Assembly: GCA_964575425.1 (NCBI GenBank)
Contig: CAZNRD010000002.1
Span: 1,951-65,950 of the forward strand
Source of the DNA: an uncultured Anaerolineaceae bacterium
Lineage (GTDB): Bacteria > Chloroflexota > Anaerolineae > Anaerolineales > E44-bin32
Direction of reading: 5' to 3'
DNA: 64,000 nt
In this document: piece by piece, positions 36,597 through 48,144 of the stretch
How the letters are laid out: the number at the start of each line of letters is the position of its first letter
How positions within the stretch are numbered: position 1 is the first letter of the stretch
Made by a program: the position numbers and the translations under genes
The notes under the pieces: generated by a model
The model's database searches: none
What the model was told of the DNA's origin: nothing
The model's input: only the letters and a program-made list of their open reading frames with translations

Positions 36597-37749
36597 CCGC
36601 GATGCGACTCAGCGCCGCGGTGCCGGGACCCGCCGCCATCCACAGCAAGGCCGTCATCAGCAGCGCCGAGGTTACGCACCACAGACAGGTGGCACCGATG
36701 ACGAAGGGCTCCAGAAAGGTGAGGATGGCGGAGAAGACGGTGCCGAAGGCGGTGAAGGCGAAGAGCGCCAGGCTGGCCCAGTCGGCGCCGCGTCCGGAGA
36801 GACGGTGGGCCGCTGCCCAGGCGATGAGGATGGCCAGGTAGCCCGCCAGCCCGACAACTCCCATCGGGACCACGCCGAACAGGTAGGCGTACTGGCTGGT
36901 CTGGACGGCGTTGCAGTCGCCCACCGGCCCGCAGACGGCGATTGCCCCGGAGGTTTCGACGTAGGTGAGGTAAGCGGCGATCGCCACGCCGGCGATGGCC
37001 AGGAGAGGGACTGTCCTGGTCTGCCATGGGGCGGGCGTGAATGGTCTGGCAGGTCGGATGAGGCGAACACCAACCATGGCCAGACTGACGATCATCCCCA
37101 GCAGAGCGACGACGGCCACGCTGTTGCCGGTTGGATCCTGCAGGAAACGGTCGATCATCCCGCTCGGAGGTGCCTGCGGCGTGGGAACCGCGGGCGCGGT
37201 GCCTGTCGCAGGCGCTGCCGGGGGGGGGAAGGCGGCGAGGGCCCCTTCGATGCCTGGGATCTCAGGCCAGGGGATGCCTCCCGCGGCCAGTCCCTCTTCG
37301 ATGATGCCGGGGAACTTCTCGGGGATTTCGCGTGCGCCCACAAGGTGGCGCGTGCCAACAAACAGCGCTGGGACACCCCTCCTATCATCGGGCACATGGA
37401 AAGCATCCAAAGCCGCAGAGTACAACGAGTTGCCGCTCGGGGTGGCTGCGTTGACATACAGGATTTCGAGCCGCCCGCCAGACACGAGGGCGAGTTCCAG
37501 CTGACCTTGGCCGCCCTCCTCATCCGGAGGGTAGTACGCGATCTCTGCTTGTGGCGAGTACGCCTGAATCAGCGGCGGCAGGTCTTGCTCAATGACCTTA
37601 TGGCAGTGAGAACAGGTCGGCGAGTAGAAGAGGACACTGTGGACGATGCCATCCACCTGCCTCGGCGAGCCGGCGAGCGCGGGTGCGGTGAGGAACAGGG
37701 CGAGCGAAAGGCTGAGAAGGACAAGCGCTGCTGGGTTCTTGTGGCGCAT
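36574..37749 (-). CDS. Vitamin K epoxide reductase (VKOR) family protein with an N-terminal periplasmic thioredoxin-like domain
   Basis: 391 aa. Signal peptide, Trx-like domain (FYSPTCSHCHKV), Pro/Ala linker, one extra TM, then the VKOR core with loop cysteines VCGPVGDC and the active-site CLWC in the last TM. Confidence 0.8.
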   Translation of the reverse strand: MRHKNPAALVLLSLSLALFLTAPALAGSPRQVDGIVHSVLFYSPTCSHCHKVIEQDLPPLIQAYSPQAEIAYYPPDEEGGQGQLELALVSGGRLEILYVNAATPSGNSLYSAALDAFHVPDDRRGVPALFVGTRHLVGAREIPEKFPGIIEEGLAAGGIPWPEIPGIEGALAAFPPPAAPATGTAPAVPTPQAPPSGMIDRFLQDPTGNSVAVVALLGMIVSLAMVGVRLIRPARPFTPAPWQTRTVPLLAIAGVAIAAYLTYVETSGAIAVCGPVGDCNAVQTSQYAYLFGVVPMGVVGLAGYLAILIAWAAAHRLSGRGADWASLALFAFTAFGTVFSAILTFLEPFVIGATCLWCVTSALLMTALLWMAAGPGTAALSRIAGEAEEAK

Positions 37750-37785
37750 GAGAGCCCCTTGTGCAATGGGTCGTCTTCTTGAGCC

Positions 37786-37795
37786 ATTATAACCA
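37786..37795 (-). promoter_or_regulatory. -10-like element (TGGTTATAAT on the minus strand) upstream of the VKOR-sigma operon
   Basis: The reverse complement of 37786-37795 reads TGGTTATAAT. It lies about 36 nt upstream of the VKOR ATG, with AAGGGG as a possible SD. Confidence 0.35.
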
Positions 37796-37813
37796 TCCAG
37801 CGGGAGGTCGGGT

Positions 37814-37841
37814 TTGCCCCTTTAGAACGTCTGTGCTATGA
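37814..37841 (+). promoter_or_regulatory. Sigma-70-type promoter candidate for uvrA (TTGCCC-N16-TATGAT with TGn extension)
   Basis: TTGCCC at 37814-37819 and TGCTATGAT at 37833-37841. The uvrA ATG at 37883 lies downstream. Confidence 0.4.
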
Positions 37842-37882
37842 TATGCGATTACAATTCTGGTGGGCAGTTTCCTGGCGGTGGT

Positions 37883-40801
<2,919 letters not shown>

Positions 40802-40898
40802 GAGCGCCGGGCATCCGGGAACCTTCTGCACCGGTCGACGTCGTTAAGGGTGATACAATCCGAGGCCTTCTCGCCTCGTATCCCAAGGAGTGTGTCTG

Positions 40899-41621
40899 AT
40901 GACGGATTTGCGGAAATGGCTGCCTGCGGCAGCTGCAATGGCCCTGTTGCTGGCAGCCTGCTCGGGCGCGTCCTACCCTGCGACCGCGCCGCAGGTCCAC
41001 ACCCTGTCGGTCACAGGGACCGGCTCGACGCGGCTGGCACCGGACCTGGCCCTGGTCACACTCGGCGTCCAGACGCGCGGCCCCGATGTGGGCGAGGCGG
41101 TGGACGAGAACAATCGCCGCGTGACGGAGGTTATGGCTGCCCTGCGCGAGATGGGCATCGCCGAGAGCGACGTCGCTACCGCCAATTTCAGCGTCAGCAC
41201 CCAGCAGCTCTATGACGAACGCGGGCAGCTGACGGGTGAGGTCCAGTACTGGGTGGACAACATCATCAGCCTCCGCGTTCGACAGTTGGACAGGTTGGGG
41301 CAGCTGCTGCAGACGGCGCTCAGCCGGGGGGCGAACACGGTGCAGAGTGTCGCCTTCACGGTGGAAAACCCGGAGGACGAACTGGACGCCACTCGAGTGC
41401 TGGCCATGCAGGATGCGCGCCGTCAGGCCGAGCAACTGGCCCAGGCGGCTGGAGTCGAGCTGGGCGAGGTCCTGACGGTGAGCGAACCGGTGTACATGCC
41501 TGTCTACATGGAAGCGGCTCCATCGGCGTTTGGCAAGGGCGGCGGCGGAGGCTATGTGCCAACATCGCCCGGCGTGCTGGAATACCAGGTCCAGCTCAGC
41601 GTGACGTATGCGATTCGATAA
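40899..41621 (+). CDS. SIMPL (DUF541) domain lipoprotein, copy 1
   Basis: Lipobox LAAC. LSVTGTGSTRLAPDLA...ANFSV...YWVDNIISLRV...AMQDARRQAEQLA. The ATG lies 8 nt after AAGGAG (40885-40890). Confidence 0.8.
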   Translation: MTDLRKWLPAAAAMALLLAACSGASYPATAPQVHTLSVTGTGSTRLAPDLALVTLGVQTRGPDVGEAVDENNRRVTEVMAALREMGIAESDVATANFSVSTQQLYDERGQLTGEVQYWVDNIISLRVRQLDRLGQLLQTALSRGANTVQSVAFTVENPEDELDATRVLAMQDARRQAEQLAQAAGVELGEVLTVSEPVYMPVYMEAAPSAFGKGGGGGYVPTSPGVLEYQVQLSVTYAIR

Positions 41622-41631
41622 GGAGACTCCG

Positions 41632-42321
41632 ATGTCGACGAAGCGCGTGATCATTGGGCTGGCCCTGGTCAGCGTGGCGTTGGCGGGATGCGGTGCGATT
41701 TCCCCGCGGCAGCAGCGCAGTCTGGTGGTGACCGGGACGGGCAAGGTGGAAGTGGCGCCGGACATCGTGACGGTGAACCTGGGGGTGCAGACGGTGGGCG
41801 AGGACATTGCGCAGGTTATGGCCGACAACAACCGGCGCTCCCAGCGCGTCCAGCAAGCAGTGGTGGCGCTGGGCGTGGCGCAGGACGACGTGCGCACGAT
41901 CTCGTTCAACGTCTCGCCGCAGGCGCAGTACGACGAGAGCGGCAAGCCCACGGGAGCGACCGTCTACTGGGTGGACAACACGATTACGGTGACGCTGCGT
42001 CAGATCGACCAACTCGGGCGGCTGCTACAGGCGGCGGTGGACGCCGGCGCCAACAGCATCCAGGGCGTGAGTTTCAGCGTCGACGAGCCATCGCCGGCCG
42101 AGGACGAGGCACGGCAGCTGGCGATGCAGGATGCCCGGGCAAGGGCCGAGATGCTGGCCCAGGCGGCAGACGCCACGCTGGGCGACCCGTTGACGATCAG
42201 TGCATCGGTCTATGTTCCGTCGCCGTACGCGGCCGGCATCGGAGGGGGTGGCGGCGTGCCCGTCTCCGCCGGCATGACCGAGGTCCAGGTGCAGGTGTTC
42301 GTGACATATGAGCTGAAGTAG
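41632..42321 (+). CDS. SIMPL (DUF541) domain lipoprotein, copy 2
   Basis: Lipobox LAGC. Collinear with copy 1 and roughly half the residues identical by eye (VVTGTGKVEVAPDIV...YWVDNTITVTL...AMQDARARAEMLA). ATG follows AAGGAG. Confidence 0.8.
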   Translation: MSTKRVIIGLALVSVALAGCGAISPRQQRSLVVTGTGKVEVAPDIVTVNLGVQTVGEDIAQVMADNNRRSQRVQQAVVALGVAQDDVRTISFNVSPQAQYDESGKPTGATVYWVDNTITVTLRQIDQLGRLLQAAVDAGANSIQGVSFSVDEPSPAEDEARQLAMQDARARAEMLAQAADATLGDPLTISASVYVPSPYAAGIGGGGGVPVSAGMTEVQVQVFVTYELK

Positions 42322-42344
42322 TGTGGAGGAGGCAAGAACGCTGC

Positions 42345-42366
42345 GGGGCGGACGCCAGTCCGCCCC
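42345..42366. terminator. Hairpin terminator between convergent SIMPL copy 2 and corA
   Basis: GGGGCGGAC (42345-42353) pairs perfectly with GTCCGCCCC (42358-42366), followed by GTTTGATTT. Confidence 0.5.
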
Positions 42367-42390
42367 GTTTGATTTGGGGGGAGGCTGCGA

Positions 42391-43374
42391 TCACATCCAG
42401 CCGCGGCGTTGGATCCAGAGGACCATGCCGAGAGGGGTGAGGGCGAGCACCGCCAGTGTCAGGTAGAAGGACGGCAGATGGGTCCAGGCGGGAAGTGGCG
42501 TGGCCGGTTCGAAGAAATTCATGCCGAAGAAGCCGGCGACGAAGGAGATCGGCATGAAGAGGGTGGTGATGACAGTGAGGGTCTTCATGATGTCGTTCAT
42601 GCGGTTGTTGATCACCGAGAGGTAGGTGTCGAGGGCGCCGCTGACGAGGTCGCGCATGCTCTCGGTGATGTCGTGCATGCGCACGAGGTGGTCGTAGACA
42701 TCGCGGAAGAAGACGCGGTCGTCGGTGTCGATCACGGCGAAATCGCCGCGCGCCAGCTTGTTGAGGACCTCGCGCTGCGGCAGCAGGATGCGCCGCAGCT
42801 GCAGCAAGGAACGCTTGAGGACAAAGATGTGTTCCAACGTGGCCGGTGTGGGGCGATCGAAGACCTCGTCCTCGACCCGGTCGATCGCTTCGTCAATCCG
42901 TTCAATGACCGACATGTAGGAGGCCGCCAGCTCGTCGACGAGCTTGTACAGCACGTGATCGACGGCCTTCTCCAGATGGCGTGGGTCGCGCTGGCAGGAA
43001 GTCCAGACGTGCTCGACCGCCTCCAGGGGCTGGTCGTGGTGCGTCACCAGGAATCCGGCCCCGAGGAAGGCGTCGAGTTCGAAGGCTTCGACATGGAGAC
43101 CGGCTCGGTTCTTGAGTGTGATGGCCGGGAGCACGAGATACAGATAGCGGCCCCAATCGTCGACGCGCGGGACATGGGATTCGCGCAAAGCGTCGTCGAT
43201 AGCCAGGGGGTGAAAGGTGAACGTCTGACGCAGGATGGGCTCGCACACCTCAGGAGGTTCGGCTTCGAAATCGAGCCAGAGCAGCCCGCCGGCGTCCAGG
43301 GCTGCTGGCAGGTCCTGAAGCTGCAGGTCGGTTCGCGTCTGTCCGTCGGGGGAACGGTGGAGAATTCGGATCAT
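42391..43374 (-). CDS. corA: Magnesium/cobalt transporter CorA
   Basis: 327 aa. FFGMNF (GMN motif) between two C-terminal TMs, with a soluble N-terminal domain. Confidence 0.9.
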   Translation of the reverse strand: MIRILHRSPDGQTRTDLQLQDLPAALDAGGLLWLDFEAEPPEVCEPILRQTFTFHPLAIDDALRESHVPRVDDWGRYLYLVLPAITLKNRAGLHVEAFELDAFLGAGFLVTHHDQPLEAVEHVWTSCQRDPRHLEKAVDHVLYKLVDELAASYMSVIERIDEAIDRVEDEVFDRPTPATLEHIFVLKRSLLQLRRILLPQREVLNKLARGDFAVIDTDDRVFFRDVYDHLVRMHDITESMRDLVSGALDTYLSVINNRMNDIMKTLTVITTLFMPISFVAGFFGMNFFEPATPLPAWTHLPSFYLTLAVLALTPLGMVLWIQRRGWM

Positions 43375-43462
43375 CGAGAGTGCCCTCCGTTCTCGGGGAC
43401 TACGAGGGATGCCCCATCACACCATGCTAGCATGCGTGGTGGTCGGACGGCAAGCGGCCGGC

Positions 43463-43471
43463 TGCTATAAT
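43463..43471 (+). promoter_or_regulatory. Extended -10 promoter (TGCTATAAT) abutting the murJ start
   Basis: The -10 box ends 8 nt before the GTG at 43480 and there is no SD. This implies a leaderless or near-leaderless mRNA. Confidence 0.4.
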
Positions 43472-43479
43472 CTCCCATC

Positions 43480-45039
43480 GTGGACGCGCCGGCCGCCGAC
43501 CGACAGATCGCCCGTGCCGCCAGCGTGGTCATGCTGGGCATGGCGCTGTCAAGCGCCGCCGGTCTGGCAACGACCATCCTGGTATCGTCTGCCTTCGGCA
43601 CTGGCGCCGAGATCGACGCCTTCTACGCCGCCAATCGACTGACCGAAATCCTGTTCAACCTGATGGCTGGGGGAGCGCTGGCCTCAGCCTTCGTCCCCAC
43701 CTTCACCGGATTCCTGGCCCGCGACGACCGCGAGGGGGCATGGCGCCTGGCATCGTCGGTGAGCAATCTTGTCCTGCTGGTACTGACGTTGGCCTCGGCG
43801 CTGGCGTGGCTGGGCGGGCCGTGGCTTGTGCGCCATGTCCTGGCGCCCGGCTTCCACGATGCGGCGCAGGTGGCGCTGACGGTCTCGCTGCTGCGTGTGA
43901 TGCTGCTGTCGTCGATCGTCTTCGGGCTGAGCGGCTTGCTGATGGGCGTGCTCAATGCCCACCAGCACTTCGCGCTGCCGGCGCTGGCCCCGGCGTGCTA
44001 CCGCCTGGGGTGGATCCTGGGGCTGCTCCTCTTTGTGCCGCGCTGGGGCGTTCATGGGCTGGCGTGGGGCGTTGTAATGGGCTCAGCGCTGCACTTGCTC
44101 ATTCAGCTGCCTGGATTGGGCCGGCGTGGTGCCCGCTACCACGCCAGCCTGGGGCTGGAGAACCCCGCGGTGCGCGAAGTGGGCCGGCTGATGGCACCGC
44201 GCCTGTTGGGCGTGGCTGTGGTCCAGCTCAATTTCCTGGTGAACACCAATCTGGCGTCGCGCATGGCGGAGGGGAGTCTGGCGGCAATCACGTTCGCCTT
44301 CGCGCTGATGATCATGCCCCAGGCTCTGATCGCGCAGGCGACGGCGATCGCCGCGCTGCCGACGCTCTCGGCGCAGATGGCCCTGGGAGAGATGGCCGAG
44401 ATGCGGGCTACGCTGGCGAAGACGCTGCGCGGCGTGCTTTTCCTGTCGCTGCCAGCCAGCCTTGGGTTGATCCTGTTGCGGCGGCCGATCGTGCAAGTGG
44501 TGCTTGAGCGCGGGGCTTTCGGCAGCACCTCGACGGAAATGGTGGCCTGGGCGCTCTTGTGGTATGCCGCCGGGCTGGTGGGGCACTCGCTGCTGGAGAT
44601 TGTCGCCCGCGCCTTCTACTCCCTGCACGACACACGGACTCCGGTGTTGGTGGGGACCGTGGCCATGAGCCTGAACGTAGTCTTCAGCCTGGGATTCGCG
44701 GCATTGTTCCCGCTCCTCGGATGGGCGCCGCACGGAGGCCTGGCGCTGGCCAACTCGCTGGCCACAGGGCTCGAGTGCCTGACGCTTCTGTTGATCCTGC
44801 GGCGGCGGCTGGATGGTCTGGACCTGGCCAAGATGCAGCGGGGCGTGCTGGCCACGATGGGGGCTGCCGCGGTCATGACTGCTGCCCTTGTGGCCTGGCT
44901 GCGGGCAGCGGATCAGGCCTCGGCCTGGATCTCCGGGGGAGCCGGGGCGCTGCTCGGCGTTGGGGTCTACTGGCTGATGGCCAGAGCGTTGGGCGCGCCA
45001 GAGGCGCGCCAACTGCCAGGCATGGTGCTACGCCGCTGA
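43480..45039 (+). CDS. murJ: Lipid II flippase MurJ (MviN)
   Basis: 519 aa. LGTGAEIDAFYAANRLTEILFNLMAGGALASAFVPTF and about 14 TMs, typical of MurJ. Confidence 0.85.
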   Translation: MDAPAADRQIARAASVVMLGMALSSAAGLATTILVSSAFGTGAEIDAFYAANRLTEILFNLMAGGALASAFVPTFTGFLARDDREGAWRLASSVSNLVLLVLTLASALAWLGGPWLVRHVLAPGFHDAAQVALTVSLLRVMLLSSIVFGLSGLLMGVLNAHQHFALPALAPACYRLGWILGLLLFVPRWGVHGLAWGVVMGSALHLLIQLPGLGRRGARYHASLGLENPAVREVGRLMAPRLLGVAVVQLNFLVNTNLASRMAEGSLAAITFAFALMIMPQALIAQATAIAALPTLSAQMALGEMAEMRATLAKTLRGVLFLSLPASLGLILLRRPIVQVVLERGAFGSTSTEMVAWALLWYAAGLVGHSLLEIVARAFYSLHDTRTPVLVGTVAMSLNVVFSLGFAALFPLLGWAPHGGLALANSLATGLECLTLLLILRRRLDGLDLAKMQRGVLATMGAAAVMTAALVAWLRAADQASAWISGGAGALLGVGVYWLMARALGAPEARQLPGMVLRR

Positions 45040-45047
45040 ATTCGCTG

Positions 45048-46091
45048 CTACCAGCGCGCCTTGTGCTCCTCGGCGAAGCCGATCAGTCCGTCGATTTGGA
45101 TGCGCTCGCCCGCGTCGCTCAGCGCTGTCCCGTGATAGCGGCCGAACATCTGATGCACCTCGCTGGCGATCACACCCAGGCTTGTGCGCGCCAGCCGTTC
45201 TTTGAAGGGAACGAACTCAAGATCGAGGCGACCGTCGGGCGAGACCATGCGCCACGGCTGCATGAAGTCGGTCGCATCGTAGCGGATGTCGACGGCGGCC
45301 AACTTGTGAACGCGGCCGTTGAGCAGGAGGGCATTCTCGGTCGCGGCGGATGTATCGCCGAATCCGCCGCCGAGATTCAGGCCGACTGTCCGGCCATCGG
45401 GCAGAAAACCCGAAGCGCTTGCCCAGATCCAGAGGGAGCGGTACTCCCAGACGCCGCGGCCCCAATCCAGGCTGCCCAGGCTGTCCTTGGGGTGGACTTC
45501 ATAGCGCTGCCCCGCGTATTCGACCCATCCCTGTGCGGGCATGCAGTTCACCTTGCGGTTGTAGTAGAAGCGGCGCTGGCCGATGGGGATGACGATGGTC
45601 ATGGATTCGTGCTGCGGCGGGAGGTGGAAGGTGACCTCGGCCGAGAAGCCCTTGCTGCCCTCGAACGAAGGCCACGCCATCGACCAGGATCGCCCTTCCG
45701 GTGCGGCGCGGAAGGTGAGACGGACTCGGCCGTTGTCGAAGGTGCTCACGCCTTCGGTGCTGTTGCGGGGAAGGTGGATGCCGCGGGCGAGGGGAACGGT
45801 CAGGGTCTCCTCGTGATAGTCGCCGCTGACGAGGTCGACCGTGTAGGCGAAGACCTGACCGGCGTATCCCAGGTCGGCGAGGGTCGCCGAGAAGAAGCGC
45901 GACGGGGTGAAGAGAGCGTAGTAATCCCAGCACTTGAGGCGGAATCGCTGTAGTGCCCGCAGCCGATAGAAGTGAGCGTTCTCCAGGTTGCAGTCCAGCA
46001 GCGGCTGGCGGCTCCAGCCGATCTGGGTGAGGCGGCCGCGTGCGTCGAGCAGAGGTCCCGCCGTTGTGATTTCGGCTTGCCGAGTTTCCAT
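45048..46091 (-). CDS. DUF2804 domain protein
   Basis: 347 aa from the ATG at 46091, after GGGAGG. A beta-rich soluble protein with WDYYAL...YYNRKVNCMPA...WGRGVWEY pattern. The family assignment is from memory. Confidence 0.65.
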   Translation of the reverse strand: METRQAEITTAGPLLDARGRLTQIGWSRQPLLDCNLENAHFYRLRALQRFRLKCWDYYALFTPSRFFSATLADLGYAGQVFAYTVDLVSGDYHEETLTVPLARGIHLPRNSTEGVSTFDNGRVRLTFRAAPEGRSWSMAWPSFEGSKGFSAEVTFHLPPQHESMTIVIPIGQRRFYYNRKVNCMPAQGWVEYAGQRYEVHPKDSLGSLDWGRGVWEYRSLWIWASASGFLPDGRTVGLNLGGGFGDTSAATENALLLNGRVHKLAAVDIRYDATDFMQPWRMVSPDGRLDLEFVPFKERLARTSLGVIASEVHQMFGRYHGTALSDAGERIQIDGLIGFAEEHKARW

Positions 46092-46107
46092 GATTACCTC
46101 CCGGGGC

Positions 46108-46563
46108 TCAGGCGGGCAGGAGCCAGTGCAGAAGCTGAGCGACGACAATCCCCAGCAGGGCACCGACCAGCGCCTCGAGCGGCGAGTGGCCCAGCACCTC
46201 GCGCAGCTGCTCTTGCCGGAGCGGATGTCCTTCGACCAGGTCGCGCACCATGGCGTTGATGATTTCCGCGTGACGGCCGGCCTGGCGCCGGATGCCGGTG
46301 GCGTCGTAGATCACCACCATGGCCACGACGACGGCCAGGGCGAACGCCGGGGCGTCGAATCCGGTGGTGAGGCCAATGCCGTGCGCGGCGGCCGTGACCA
46401 GGGCGGAGTGCGAGGAGGGCATGCCACCGGCGCGCAGCAGCAGGGACCAGTTCCAGCGACGCGTGAGCGCGTACTCGATGGGAAGCTTGGCGACCTGCGC
46501 CAGCGCCCAGGCGGTGAGGGCGGCGATCAAGGCCTGGTTGTGGATCACAGCGGCCGCGCGCAC
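46108..46563 (-). CDS. Divergent PAP2 (DUF212, acid phosphatase/vanadium-haloperoxidase-related) membrane protein
   Basis: 151 aa. GGMPSSHSALV, VIYDATGIRRQAG and GHSPLEALVGALLG. Confidence 0.75.
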   Translation of the reverse strand: MRAAAVIHNQALIAALTAWALAQVAKLPIEYALTRRWNWSLLLRAGGMPSSHSALVTAAAHGIGLTTGFDAPAFALAVVVAMVVIYDATGIRRQAGRHAEIINAMVRDLVEGHPLRQEQLREVLGHSPLEALVGALLGIVVAQLLHWLLPA

Positions 46564-46815
46564 CTAGGACTCCTCGTCGGCCGGGAAGTCGGTTTCGACG
46601 TAGCCACCGCTCTCATCAGGCACCAGCTGTCGCAGGCGGACCTCGGCCTGATCCAGCAGCCCGGCACAGCGAGCGGCCAGGGCCTGGCCGCGCTCGAAGA
46701 GGGCGATGGCCTGCTCCAGCGGGAGATCGCCGGACTCGAGGCGCTTGACCGTAGCCTCCAATTCCTGGAAGGCCTGCTCAAAGGTCATGCTGCCCGGAGA
46801 ACGAGGTTTGCTCAT
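46564..46815 (-). CDS. xseB: Exodeoxyribonuclease VII small subunit
   Basis: 83 aa from the ATG at 46815, after GGAGGA. FEQAFQELEATVKRLESGDLPLEQAIALFERGQALAARC. Confidence 0.85.
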   Translation of the reverse strand: MSKPRSPGSMTFEQAFQELEATVKRLESGDLPLEQAIALFERGQALAARCAGLLDQAEVRLRQLVPDESGGYVETDFPADEES

Positions 46816-46948
46816 GATGTCCTCCGGCGGGAATGTTAACCCGAAGCCTCCGGCCGGACAACCGCGGGTTGGGTGCCTTGCTTCGAATGCGGACTTGCCG
46901 TACAGTCGGATCGTCCGGATCAGGAGTGGGCGAAGGGAAGCCCTGGCG

Positions 46949-48127
46949 GTGGAGAGGAACTCGACACCCGAGCAAGCGACATGGGGCGCGCTACAAGAGG
47001 CCAGGTGGCCGATCGCCGTGTTCGTCGCGGCGCGTCTGTTCCTGACCGCGCTTGGCGTGGTGCTGTTCGCCCTGGGCATGGTTCCGCCGACTGACGATCC
47101 GATCCTGCGGCCGTACTTGGGGCTCGCTCCCGTGGTCGACGGCTGGCGGGGTCCACTGCTGGGCGTCTGGCTTCGCTTCGATGCCGTGCACTACCTGCGC
47201 ATTGCTGAGCACGGCTACGCAGCCAACGACCTTTCGGTGTTCTACCCCCTCTATCCGCTGATGGTTCGAGTGGCCGGGTGGCTGCTGGGGGGCGACCAGC
47301 TGCTGGGTGCGCTGTTGGTGTCGAACGGCGCTGCGGCGGCGGCGCTGGTGTTGTTCCACCGATGGGTGCGGGAGGAGTTTGGAGACGAAGGCCTGGCCAG
47401 GAGGGCGACGGTCTACCTGATGGCCTTTCCCACGGCGTTCTTCCTGCTTGCGCCGTATCCCGAGTCGCTTTCCCTGCTGTTCACACTGCTGGCACTGCGG
47501 GCGTACCGCTGCCAGCGCTGGCTATGGGCAGGCGCGGCGGGCCTGGCTGCCTCAACGACGCGACCGCAGGGAGCGATCTTGTCGGCGGTGTTGCTGGTGG
47601 ACTTGCTCCTTCGCCGGCGCGGCGGCCAACCGCTGACAGCGGCGGGCCTTCTGGCCCCGGCTGGACCCCTGCTGGGCGTGGTGGCGTTCCTCGGCTATCG
47701 GGCCTGGCTCCACTTCCCGCCGATGAGCGAGGTCCAGCTATCTCACTGGGGCCGGGTCACGGCGCTGCCGTTTGCGGCCATCGTGGCCACCGTGCAGCGC
47801 CTTGCGGCGGGCACAGCCTCAGCCATTGAGCTGGTGGACCTGGGGGCCGTCATCCTGATGTTGGTGCTTGGCGTGGTCGCGGTGAGACGACTCCCTGCGC
47901 TGTACGCAATCTACCACTGGTCGCTCTTGCTGCTCAACCTCTCGCTGGTGCGGTTGCCGCAGCCGATCTCGAGCCAAGCGCGCTTTGCCCTGGGACTGTT
48001 CACAGCGTTCCCCCTGCTTGCTCGCATGGGATCGAGCGCTCGCGCCAATCGCCTGATCCTATACCCTTCGCTCGGCCTGGGCGCACTGCTGGCGGGCGAG
48101 TTTGTGCTCTGGGGTTGGGTGGGGTAG
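46949..48127 (+). CDS. GT-C-type membrane glycosyltransferase, PIG-V/mannosyltransferase-like (tentative)
   Basis: FDAVHYLRIAEHGY, FYPLYPLL-like FYPLYPLMV and many TMs. The start is uncertain; the GTG at 46949 is the first plausible in-frame start beyond the xseB start. Confidence 0.55.
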   Translation: MERNSTPEQATWGALQEARWPIAVFVAARLFLTALGVVLFALGMVPPTDDPILRPYLGLAPVVDGWRGPLLGVWLRFDAVHYLRIAEHGYAANDLSVFYPLYPLMVRVAGWLLGGDQLLGALLVSNGAAAAALVLFHRWVREEFGDEGLARRATVYLMAFPTAFFLLAPYPESLSLLFTLLALRAYRCQRWLWAGAAGLAASTTRPQGAILSAVLLVDLLLRRRGGQPLTAAGLLAPAGPLLGVVAFLGYRAWLHFPPMSEVQLSHWGRVTALPFAAIVATVQRLAAGTASAIELVDLGAVILMLVLGVVAVRRLPALYAIYHWSLLLLNLSLVRLPQPISSQARFALGLFTAFPLLARMGSSARANRLILYPSLGLGALLAGEFVLWGWVG

Positions 48128-48144
48128 ATAGGGCGGGATGGCAG

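Noticed and set aside
40899-42321. SIMPL tandem pair as a repeat or mobile-element footprint
   Set aside because: The similarity is at protein level only (diverged paralogs). There are no flanking inverted or direct nucleotide repeats and no mobility genes.
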